Shown: piece after piece, positions 45,310 to 64,000 of the stretch
Position numbering within the stretch: the first letter of the stretch is position 1
How the letters are laid out: each line of letters opens with the position of its first letter
NCBI RefSeq assembly: GCF_009914755.1
Contig: NC_060934.1
Length of the DNA stretch: 64,000 nt
Reading direction: 5' to 3' (one strand)
From: the human T2T-CHM13v2.0 reference genome, Homo sapiens
Program-made: the position numbers and the translations under genes
Notes under the pieces: model-generated
Databases searched by the model: none
The model's input: only the letters and a program-made list of their open reading frames with translations
Told to the model about the DNA's origin: nothing

Positions 45310-47990
45310 AAAGCAAAGTAAGAGCAAATGAACCCTAAAATAAGCAGAAGAAAGTAATAAAGATGAAGGCAGAAGTCAGTAACATAGAAAATGAAACAAA
45401 TCGAGAAAATCAATAAGACCCAAAGTAGGTTCTTTGAAAAGAGCCAAAAAAATGATAAATATTAGTCAGACATGTCAGAAAAAAAAAGAGAAGACACAAA
45501 TTGCCAAAAGCAGAAATGAGAGAAGAGCCATTACTACAGAGCCTACAGACATTGAAAGAATAATAAGGCAATAGTAGGAACAATTCTATGCTAATGAATT
45601 CAACAACTTACTGAAATGGAAAAATTTTTTGAAAGACTATGTATTAGTTTCCTAGGACTGCCATAACAAAGTACCACATAATTCCTCACAATTTCTCACA
45701 ATTCCGAAGACTAGAAGATTGAGATCAAGGTGTCAGCAATGTTGCTTTCTTCTGAGACCTCTCTTCTTGGTCTGCAGATGGCTATCCTCTCTCTGTGTCT
45801 TCACATTCACATGGTCTTTCCTCTGTGTATGTCTGTGTCCTAATCTTCTCTTCTTCTAAGAATGCCAGTCATTTTTGATTCAGGCCCATGCTAATGACCT
45901 CATTTTAATTGAATTATCCCTTTATAGGCCATATCTCTAAATATGGCCACATTCTGAGATGCTGGGAGTGAGGACTTCAGCATGTGAATTTAGGGGATAC
46001 AATCAAGCTCATAACAGGTGCAAAAACTCACTCAAGAGAAGACAGATAATACGAGTAGCCCTAAATTTATTTTTTAATTGAATTTATTATTTAAAACCCT
46101 TCCACAAAGAAAACTCCAGGCCCAAGTGGCTTCACTGGTTAACTCTACCAAATGTTTAAAGAAGAATTATGCCATGTCCACATAATCTCTTCCAGAAAAC
46201 AAGAGATGATGGAACACTTCCCAACAGATATCAAAATTTGACAAAGACATTCTAAGAAAAAAACTACAGAACAATGTCTCTCATAAACATAGATGTAAAA
46301 GTCTTAATCAAAATTTTAGCAAACCAAATCTATCAATATATAAAATAAGTAACACATTATGACCATGTTGTTTATCCCAGGAATGGAAAATACATTTAAT
46401 ATTCAAAAGTCAATCAATGTAATCCACCATATTAAAAGACTAAAAAGAAAAACTATATGATCATCACAATAGACAAGAAACAAATTTATCAAAATCCTAC
46501 ATACGTTCCTTATAAAAACTCTCAGCAAACAGGAATAGAAAAATTGTGCTTAACCTGATAAAGAGCATCCAAGAAAAACCTTTGGTTAACATCATACTTA
46601 ATAATGAAAGACTAAATGCTTTTCTCTAAGAATAGGCAACTTCTTACAACTTCTATTCAACACATTACAGAAGATCCTAGCCAGTGCAGTAAGGTAAAAA
46701 TAATAATATAGGCAGAATACATAAAGATTTCAAATGAAGATATAAAACTCTATTTGCAGATTATATGATTATCTTTGTAGAAAATCCAAGGGAATCTATT
46801 TTAATAAGCCATTAGAACTAGTAAGCATGTTCTCAGTATGTAAAAATCAATTCCATTTTACTACACTAACAATTAATAATTAGACATTGAAATTTTAAAA
46901 ATACCATTTATGGTGGCTTTAAAAACTAAAATGTTTACGGATAAATTTAGCTAAATATATGTTATTCTTATACAATTAAAACTGTAAAATGTTGTTGAGT
47001 AGAATTTTAAAAGATATAGATACATGCAGGTATAGAACATATTGCTGGATTGTAAGGTATCATTTCTCCTGAAATTGATATATACACAATACAAATCAAA
47101 ATCCCATCAGGCTTTTATGGTAGTTTTATAATAAATTGTGAAATTAGGTAATGAAAGTCTTCTGCGTTCTTCCTTTTCAAAGTTGTTTTAGTTAAATATT
47201 TACACATAGATTTTAGAATCAACTTCTCAATTTCTATAAAACAGTTTGATATAATTTGAATGGAGGTTGTGTCAAATCTATAGATCAATTTGGGAAGGAT
47301 TGATTCTTAACATGGTATAACTCTCTCCCTTTATTAGAGTTTCTTTAATTGTCTCAGTAATATTTTATACTTTCAGTGTGCAGGTCTTGCACATATTTTC
47401 TCATTTTTATGCTATGTAATTGACTATATATTATGTACGCAAAGGTGCCAAGTTAATTCCATGAGTAATGGATAGTCTTTTAAACAAATGGTACAAGGTC
47501 AATTGATTATCATCCAGTAAATAATAAATCTGGACCCTCACCTCACACCATATACAAAATAACTCAAAATGTATGTTTATAGACCTAAACTTAAAAGTTA
47601 AAACTATTGGCCGGGCACGGTGGCTCATGCCTATAATCCCAGCACTTTGGGAGGCTGAGGCAGGCGGATCACAAGGTCAGGAGATGGAGACCATCCTGGC
47701 TAACATGGTGAAACCCTGTCTCTACTAAAAATACAAAAAAAAAAAATTAGCCGGGCATGGTGGTGGGCACCTGTAGTCCCAGCTACTCGGAAGGCTGAGG
47801 CAGGAGAATGGCATGACCTGGGAGGCGGAGCTTGCAGTGAGCCAAGATCACACCACTGCACTCCAGCCTGGGTGACAGAGTGAGACTCCGTCTAAAAAAA
47901 AAAAAAAAAAAGTTAAAACTATTAAATATATAGAAGAAAATACAAGAGAAAATCTTAACATTAGGTTTAAATTTTTTTTTAGTTAGGACA
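45310..47990 (+). mobile_element. Old L1M ORF2 fragments, interrupted by an MLT1B-like LTR (45640-46016, -), an antisense L1 piece (~47120-47420) and an AluY (47609-47910)
   Basis: Degenerate ORF2 text (aaaactccaggcccaagtggcttcactgg; tatttgcagattatatgatt); AluY TSD AAAAGTTAAAACTATT. Confidence 0.75.
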
Positions 47991-48148
47991 CTATGATGGC
48001 TAGAATATCTGTGTTCACCAAATTCATATGTTGGAATACTGACCCCTCAGTTGATGGTGTGAAGAAATGGGACCTTTGGAAGGTGATTAGGTCATGAAGG
48101 TAGAGACCTCATGAATAGGATTAGTCCTTATAAAAAAGTTCTAGGTCT

Positions 48149-50345
<2,197 letters not shown>

Positions 50346-51156
50346 AATTTTTTAAAAGAGAGGTCCAGGGGCAGACTTGTTTGCCCCTTCTACCATGGAG
50401 GACACTGCAGGAAGGCATCATCTCTGAGGAGGCCAGGCCCTTACCAGACACCAGATCTGCCAGTGCCTTGATCTTAGATTTCGTAGCCTGCAGAACTGTG
50501 AGAAATATTACAAGCCACCCAGTTTATGGCATTATGTTATAGCAACCCAAACAGACAAACACAAATGATTAAAAATGATAAATTGAACTTCATGAAAATA
50601 AAAATCTTTCACTCTTAGTGAAATTTAAAATACAAGCCACAGACTGACAATATTTGCAAAATACATGTGGTAAAGGACTTGTTTCCAGAGTATATAAGGA
50701 ACCCTTACAACTCAATAGGGAGCAGACAACTCATTTTTTAATTAAACTTTTGTATCTGATATCACTGTAAATTTGCATGCCATCATTAAGAACTACATCA
50801 CAGAGAATCTTTACCCATTTTTCTCCAATAATAACATCTTACAATACTCTAGGATAATCACAACCAGGATACAGTGACATTGATACAGTCAAGAGACAGA
50901 CATTCCATCACAAAGATCCCCTGTGTCTTCTCCTCCTGGGATTCCTGTTAGATGCAGTATCAGCATTGTGAAACTCCTGTGTTCTCCATGTTTCTTTAAA
51001 GAATTTTAAAATATATATATTTGTTCTTTGTTCAACTTTCTTTGGAGAATTCCTTGGCCTTGTCTTCAAACTTATTTTGTATTTCAGCTGTGTTTGTTCT
51101 GCTATTCAGCCTATCTACTGAGGTTTTAATTTTGGGAAAATTTCATATTTTCTTAA

Positions 51157-51593
<437 letters not shown>

Positions 51594-51688
51594 TCCCAGG
51601 GTTAGTTCTTATGTTTATAGGGTTTGGAGCCGTTTTTTATGTGGTTGGTTTTCCCCAATTTGGTAATCTGGTGGTTGCACCTCTTCCC

Positions 51689-53348
<1,660 letters not shown>

Positions 53349-53426
53349 CTACCTTCTCTCAACTGCCTATCCCTCCCCCAGTTTTACAACATGAAATGAA
53401 AACAGCAAATCTCTCTGAAGCATGTT

Positions 53427-53432
53427 TTTATT
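53427..53432 (-). terminator. OGDHL: OGDHL polyadenylation signal
   Basis: AATAAA on - strand about 565 nt after the stop, followed by U/GU-rich sequence (tttgctgttttcatttcatgttgt). Confidence 0.8.
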
Positions 53433-53996
53433 TCTCTGTGATTTGGTTTTCTACTTTGGTACACATGAGCTGTGGCTGCATTTCATACAGAAGCTGACAC
53501 ATCTCGCAGGAATGCCCCATAAAACAGAGCGCAAACAAATCACCCAGCAGGTTCGCTTCACCTGGCTGTTACTGCTGAACTCCCTACTTCTAAGAGCACA
53601 GAAGAGAACATCGCTTTGAATCTACAGATAAGCGAGGGTGGGGCGAGCAGCAGCCAGGGCTGCCGGGATGGGAGCGGCCACAGACACAGGCCCCCGGGTG
53701 TCTGTCTTGAGATACAGGTGGAGAAGCCGCCCAAGAAATTCCAGCAAGATGGGAGCAGCTGGGGGATGCTCCAGCACAGTAGCCTGCCTACAGGACTCCT
53801 CTGGCTCCCTCAGTCCTGGTAGATTCTGGCATGACACCAAGGCCAGCAGTGCTGGCTCTTGGCCCTGTCACTGTGTCTGTTTTATCCTGGGGCCCCACAG
53901 CCCCTCTCTTGGGCAGGAGCTCCGCCCCTCCCCTTTTCATCACCCCCTTGGTCCCCAGCAAACCCACAGCGAGACCTACACAGGTTTTGCCCAGCT

Positions 53997-54287
<291 letters not shown>

Positions 54288-54791
54288 TCAAACTCAGTCA
54301 CCTAGCCACAGAAGAGTGGGGAGAAACTGTCCCTCCATGTCACTGCACTTGCCCATGAGGACAACAAATGAGGCAACAACTCAAAGACTTTGGGGACAAA
54401 CATACTTTTGGCTTCTTGGAGTTTCTCAGGACCCTCTCCCATCTTCCCAGGAACACATGATGCCAGTATTGGGAACGCACCATGTGCCAGAGCTAATACA
54501 TACATCAGATCTAATCTTATCACCGCCCTTTGTAGAGATGCAGGGACTAAGGCTCCAAGGACTACATAACCGGCCTAAGATCTAAGGCAGGAGTTTTGAG
54601 ACATGTAGCAGGTTCCTTAATACAGTTCTGGCTGCAGAACAAACACAAAGCCAGTACTGATGATGCCCCATCATTGCTCATCACCAGAGAAGGGCAGGGC
54701 CAGTTCTGGGTAGCATGGCCTATGGGACAGACGGAGCCAGGACAGAGCCTCAGGGCCGAGGTGAGGGGCAATCAGCGGCCCCACCATGTAC

Positions 54792-54946
54792 CATATGGGC
54801 CGTGCGCGCCTCAGGATGGTCATGAAGCGTGGGCTGATGTAGTCATAGTAGCCCATGTTCTTGTGCTCCTCCTGACACCAGGCCAGCTCCGCACCTGGGT
54901 ACTTCTCTGCCTCCTGCTTGATCAGGTCGAAGGGGAATGGAGAGAT
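54792..54946 (-). CDS. OGDHL: OGDHL coding exon (n-1)
   Basis: AG/GT; 155 nt; [51 protein letters not shown](W). Confidence 0.97.
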
Positions 54947-55029
54947 CTGGGGAGGCAGAAACAAAGGAGCATAGCCAGAGGAGGGGCGGTATGTCCCCAG
55001 CACCCCCGGACAGGAGGCACAGGGCCTCA

Positions 55030-55389
<360 letters not shown>

Positions 55390-56554
55390 CTAACTGCAGG
55401 TTTGGACTTGTGGCTGCAGTGGACACCTCTTGAACTAAAAGATGGAGCAGGGGGCAGATGACACCCTGAGCTGTCATAGGGAGAGGGGTGGAGACACCCA
55501 AGGGTTGAGCCCTGGAAGCATCACGTTTAAGGTGACCGGAGGTGGGGGTACAATAAGAAGCGCCCTGAAGGAGACAGAGAAGGCAACATGATGGCATCAT
55601 CCTTTGCCCCAACCTTGCTTCTGCCCAGCTGCGCCCACCTCCTGCAGAGCACTGCAGTCCCCCACCACTAAGCAGATGTCCCAGGAGGCTGCTGCATGCT
55701 CCTCCTCTTTCAGCCTGGCAGCTGAGCTTCACCTCCAAGCCCCAACCATTCTTCCTTCCTGAGCCCATGATCCTGACCCCAGGTCACGCACACTGCAAAA
55801 CCTCTCAGGAAGCTACTGTAGTGTCCTCACATCCCTGCATCTCAGGTGAAGACTCTGGGGTAGAGAGGACAAATGGATCCCAGGCCCTCAAGAGAGAAGC
55901 CAGCACAGGGCAGGTAGCCCAGGTAGTCCAGTCCCGACATCAGAGCTCTAACAGCTGCCCACCTGCACAGAGGGGACATCCAAACACACATGGGAGAAAA
56001 TCCAACCCCTGTCCATGCTGAGGCCCTTCCCAGCCCTCCCTCTACTGCCCAGGACCATTTTCCAAGACAGCTCTGCTCCACCAGCCTCACACCTGTCCTT
56101 CCCTGGACATAGTCACCTCTCAGTTGCAACTATAGTGTTTTATCTGATCTGACTCCCAGGGAAATAAGGCCAAAGACTCCTGGAGGGGACACCAGGACCC
56201 CAGGGCCTGTAATGTCTGTTTGGCTCATGAATTTTTAAAATGGACAAATGAATGAATGATACTCAATATCTTGCGAACTCAGCAGGCCTCTGCCAGGCCT
56301 CGACCAGCCCTGCTAGGGTCTAAGGGGGCCCCAGTGGACTCTACCATGGACGCAACCCACATGACCTGAGCTGGCCCAGGTCAGCCATTGTGCCAACCTC
56401 CCAACCCTACTGCTAGTGGGACCATGCCAGGAGCTGCTGCAGGTCAGCAGAGCCACAGGCAGAGGGGAGGTTGGAGAAGCCCCAGAAGCAGAAGCCACAC
56501 AATGGGCCACCGCCCCATTGTGGGCTACCCCACACACCCAGGCCAGGCACGTAC

Positions 56555-56901
<347 letters not shown>

Positions 56902-56959
56902 CTAGCCCTGTGGGCACAATAGGGCGCGTCCCTGTCCTGGGGACAGCAGCAACACTCAC

Positions 56960-57031
56960 AGGGTAGGCATCCGAGTCATCATTGCTCATCTGCAGGAACC
57001 TTTCGGGCCTCGCTGACGAGTGCTCTGGGCC
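56960..57031 (-). CDS. OGDHL: OGDHL coding exon (n-5)
   Basis: AG/GT; 72 nt; [24 protein letters not shown] (E1o GPEHSS motif). Confidence 0.97.
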
Positions 57032-58381
57032 CTGAAAGCAAACGCCAGACAGCCAAGGCTGGACCCCACCATGGGAAAGACATCTGGCCCTGCAGGGACC
57101 CCAGGCTCAGGGGAAAGTCTGGAGGGCTTCTCAGCAGAGGTGCCCTCACCCTGGAGCCTGAACCATAGAAAAGAACCAAGAATGTGGAACAAGAGCAGAA
57201 TGGGAATCCTCAGAGTGGGGTCTGCCCAGAGCTAGCACAGTATGTGAACTTGCAGGGACAGAAGAAAAAGCAAAAAGCCCGCACTGAGACGTGCTTTCTC
57301 TGGAATGTCCTGGAACAGTGGCTGCCACTGACTGAGCACCTGCTGTACAGGAGGCAGAGTTCTAGGAATCCCACACGCCTTATCGCTAACCCCCAAAGTA
57401 GCCCCATGATGCAGACACTCTTCCCCACTGCACAGATGAAGAGGCAAGGAGAGGGTAAGAAACCACCCATGACCACACAGCCAGGCAGGGGCCAACCCAA
57501 CTCGGCCTGGGCCTCGCCCACCCTCACCCACACGGACCGCTCTGCTCCATGAAAGCAGCAAGACAAGCCCAGGGGCATCTCCAAGCCAGCTCCTGCAGGA
57601 CGGGGATGACCCACTGCACAGCTGCCACTTGCCCTCTCTTGGTGGGGACGGCCAAGGACCCAGCCCCCCACACCCAGCCTGGCCCAGATCTGGCCTCCCA
57701 AGAAGCTGCCTTCACGGCAGGCAGCCCCAAGCAGGGAGCCTCACCTCCCTCCTCACTGATACCCGGTGTTGTGAGGATGCCGAGTATGCAGCCTGTAAAG
57801 TGCTCATAACATGCCACTCAGGGATAATGGTGGCAATGAGCCCCCTGCCTGTCTCCCTTCTGCCTGGTCAGGCCACCTGCCCACCAGATGGTATCACATG
57901 ACACCCTGCTCCTTCCTCCCTTCCTGCTAGCCCAGGAGCCTCCGGAGGATGCACCCAGCCTGCATGTCTTCCCTCTGCCCCATGTGTGGCTGCAGAGGCA
58001 GGTCATACAGGAGGGGACCAGAGAACAGGCAGTACTGCACAGGATAGCTTCAAACCCCAGCTACTAGCTGTGAAACCTTGGGCAACCTACTCCCCAGCTC
58101 TGTGCCTCTGTTTCCTCATCTGAAAAGCAGGAACACAGCCTACTTCATTAAGTTGTATGGATTGGAAGAGTTAACATTCAGAAGCATTGAACAGTGCCTG
58201 GCGCACAGCAAGCACTCATACGTGGTAGCGCCTTCTGCTGCCAGGGGTAGCATCATCGTCTCAGCAGCTGCAGCATGCACATGTGCAGACCCCACCCTGC
58301 ACAGACCCACGTGCTCCAGGGGCCTGGAAGGCATATACCGTCCAACCCGACAAGGGGCCCAGGGTCCATCCCGCCCCTTCA

Positions 58382-58846
<465 letters not shown>

Positions 58847-58894
58847 TTAGGTATCCTGGGGAGGCAACAGGGACCATCTGTCAAGAACTCCTTA

Positions 58895-59659
<765 letters not shown>

Positions 59660-60403
59660 TCACCTGGAGCAGGGGAGCTGGGCAGCAGGAGGCAGGCAAG
59701 CCTCCGTCACTGTCCCAGGAAACCTGCAGGGTCCCACAACATGGCATCCAAGAAGGCTGTGGAAAACCAGAGCCATGTGGTCCCTCCTGCAGCCTGTCCC
59801 CCACCAGGCCTCCCCAGCCTGCCCCCTGCCTGCTAGCAGCGCCCACACACCACGCACTGGGGGGTCTGGGGGAAGGAGCTGTGAGTTGTGGCACCTCTCT
59901 GAATGTCAGCTTTTCACCCATAAAGGGGACCTGATAAGACACTTCCCAGGTGCCAGCTAGAGCCAGAGACCCTAGGAGGCCACTTCCCCTGCCCCGCCTT
60001 GCTGGCTTCTTTACCATCTCACCAGCCCTGTCCCAACTCACAAGAGGCAGAAACCACTGTGCAGTAGCCGAGGTGGGCACAGTAAGTGAGGGGCGCCTGG
60101 CTGAACCCCAGTCCCTGGCAAGGACTGACAGGTAGCTCAGGGTGCATCAGAGGGCCACCTGGGCCCTGGCTGGAGCAAGACCAGCCGAGATAAGCAACCA
60201 GGAATGAGAAAGCCAGCTGGTCAAGTCCTGGAAGCCACACCACCCTGGCTTGCTAACCAGGAGCGGACTGAGGCAGGATCTAGAACATTTTAGGAACCCG
60301 AACCAGAGGAAATGTGGTGTGGACAACTGACAAGTGTCAAGTCCCCATTTGGATTCACAAAGACAACTGCAAACAAGCAAGATAGGGGCTGACTTAACAG
60401 CAG

Positions 60404-62255
60404 TACACACACACACCACACACATACATACACATGCCACACATACCACACACACATACACATCCCCACACACCAAACACATACATACACACACACCACA
60501 CACATACATACACACACCACACACACCAAACACCACATACACACACATCACACATACCACACATACATGCAAAACACACCACACACATATACACCACACA
60601 CATCCATGCACACACACCAAACACCACACACACTACACACACCACACATACCACACACACCACACATACCACACAACACACACACCACACAGACTACACA
60701 CCACAAACACAATCACACACACCACACACACTACATACACTACACACACTACACACACACCCACACACACCCCACATATACCACACCACACATGCACCAA
60801 ACATGACACATACCACACATATCACACATCACACGCACACCACACTACACACCACACACCCCACACATACCACACACCACACAAACACCCTCACACACAT
60901 TACACACATACACACCCTACACACACACCAAACATACACACACATCACACACACCATACACGCCCCACACACACTATACACACCCCACACACATACGCAC
61001 ACCCCCACAAACCACACACGCACACACCACACATACACCACACATACCCCATACACACTCAACACACAACACACACCACACACACCACAAATGCACCACA
61101 CCCACCACAAACACCACACACGACACACACCACACATGCACCACACAACACACCACACACCCACAAATACACACCACACACACCATACACACATACACAC
61201 CACACACACCATACACACATACACACCACACACATACACACTCCACACACACCACACATATATCACACACACCACATACACACTCCACACACACCACACA
61301 TACATCACACACACCATACACCACACACACACCACACACTACACACCACACCCACCCACGCATACCACACATATCCCCTTACATACCACACACATCCCCT
61401 ACACACACGCCACATACACACACCATACACATCCCCCACAGACACACATACCCCTACATACCACACACATCCCCTACACACATGCCATACACACACCATA
61501 CACATCCCCCACAGACACACATACACACCACACACATACACAAACACTGCACACATACACACCCCACACATACAACACACACGACACACCACACACATAC
61601 ACAAACACTGCACACATACACACCCCACACATACAACACACACGACACACCACACACATACACAAACACTGCACACATACACACCCCACACATACAACAC
61701 ACACGACACACCACACAACCATACAGACACAAACACATACACCACACACACCACATACACAACAAACATGCCACACACAAATACCACACACACCACATAC
61801 ACACACCCCCCATTCACCACACACCACATACACACCATTCACACTACACATACACTCCACACACACACCACATACACACCATACACACCACACATATCTC
61901 CACACACACACCACATACATACACATCCCATCCACACACACCACACACCCACACACACACACTCCAAACTCCACACACATACTCCAAACACCACACAAAT
62001 ACACCTACACACACATCACACACCCACACCACACCCACACCACACAAACATGCCACACACATACCCCACACCATACACACACACACACCAAATACACCAC
62101 ACATACAACAAACACACCACACACACGCACCACACACACCCCCTATACACTCCCCCCACTCACCACATACCACACACCACATACACACCAAACACACCAC
62201 ACACACACACCACACGCAACTCGCCCACACTCACCACACACCCCCCACACACACA
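60404..62255. repeat. 1.85-kb degenerate CA-rich (UG-rich in OGDHL pre-mRNA) tract with internal tandem units
   Basis: Almost only CA/CCA/CATA units; 3 near-perfect 61-bp copies (caaacactgc at 61541, 61602, 61663). Confidence 0.98.
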
Positions 62256-62496
62256 TGATCCTGAGGACCACAGATGGCCACCAGCTTGACCTTAGTGGAC
62301 AGCTTGGGCCCAGCAGTGAGCTCTGCACACTTGCCCTGGGGGGTCAGCGAGGTGGCCATCTGATGATGCCACCTGAGGGCAGGGGCTAGGGATGCTGTGA
62401 AGATCCCACCCCAACAAAGGCCCCCTCGGGATCCCCAAGCCAGGCCCAGCTTCTGCTCCAGGTCTCCTGTGCGGATGCTGAGCCCCACTGCGCTCA

Positions 62497-62826
<330 letters not shown>

Positions 62827-63553
62827 CTACCCCAAGCCTGTGGAGGGGTGGAGCAGGTACCACTTGGCAAGCATTGGCCACGCTGCAGACACCGTCAGGC
62901 TCAGAGTCATTTACTCAGATCACACAGCTGTCAAGGTACACGGATTTGACTCCAAGTCCCCAGGCTTATGCTGTGCTCCTGTCAGCCCCACACACAGAGG
63001 CTAACACACAAACAGAGCGGGCACATGCCCCAAACGCTGTCAGCAGCTGCCCCAGGACATTCGGTCTCGGTCTCGGTGCACACTGTAAGGGAACCCCCTC
63101 AGAACTCTCCCAGGTGGGTCAGAGGGTGTGTAGGCACCCCAATACAGCCACAGGGGACCCTCCGGACTTCCCAGGCAAAGGTCACAGTGGCCCCAGCCAA
63201 GGGATGCAGTCGGTGACCACCCACATTCTAGTCTCACCCCGGAGTGGGGGGGCTGCCCTCGGTCATTGGTCCAGGCCCCGGCAAGCCACCGTCCTTTCAG
63301 CTGCAGAATTCTGCCCACGTTCCAGGCTGCGTTCCAGCCCCTGTGTGGGAGCCCTTGCTTTCCTGCTCTTCTGCCTGACCCAGGGACGCCCCGGCAAAGG
63401 CATTTGGAAAATCCAAGGTCCCCAACCTAAGACTAGTCACTGGTACCCAGCTGGGAGTGTGGCATCTAGAGCTGCCCAGCTCGCCACACCCACCCTGAAA
63501 AGAGCTACTGTCACGGGCACAGATGTGGTGCCGAGAGCTACGTGGACCCACTA

Positions 63554-64000
<447 letters not shown>

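Noticed and set aside
60334-62389. Two 651-aa His/Thr/Pro-rich ORFs on + and many Cys/Val-rich ORFs on -
   Set aside because: Artefacts of the CA-rich tract, which rarely forms stop codons; open in several frames at once and intronic to OGDHL

Overview
Primate (very likely human, chr10q11.23 by recalled gene content) genomic DNA containing two convergent genes separated by a repeat-dense interval. On the + strand are the downstream exons of C10orf53 (UPF0728 protein): an internal exon at 12557-12676 and two alternative terminal coding exons at 13321-13385 and 27150-27406. Its first exon lies left of the window. On the - strand are the last ten coding exons of OGDHL (2-oxoglutarate dehydrogenase-like E1, about 433 C-terminal aa, 53997-63798). 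All OGDHL junctions are GT-AG and their phases join in frame. The rest is mostly transposon-derived: a near full-length but inactivated L1PA4-like element (33717-39830), older L1 fragments, about 22 Alus, LTR12F, MER11, MLT1/MLT2 LTRs, MER47A, MER58, MIR and L2. Repeat family names are from memory and were not checked against a database. I see no convincing wholly new biological system. The most notable observations are: (1) the long C10orf53 isoform's entire 85-aa C-terminus appears to be an antisense-exonised MLT1K-like LTR; (2) a 174-bp ungapped 92.5%-identical inverted duplication at 31174-32260; (3) a 1.85-kb UG-rich tract in an OGDHL intron with a consensus cryptic donor at its start, resembling TDP-43-repressed cryptic splicing; (4) an L1-retroposed 28S rRNA fragment with a 1-nt deletion at the I-PpoI/R2 target site; (5) an extended L1 ORF0.
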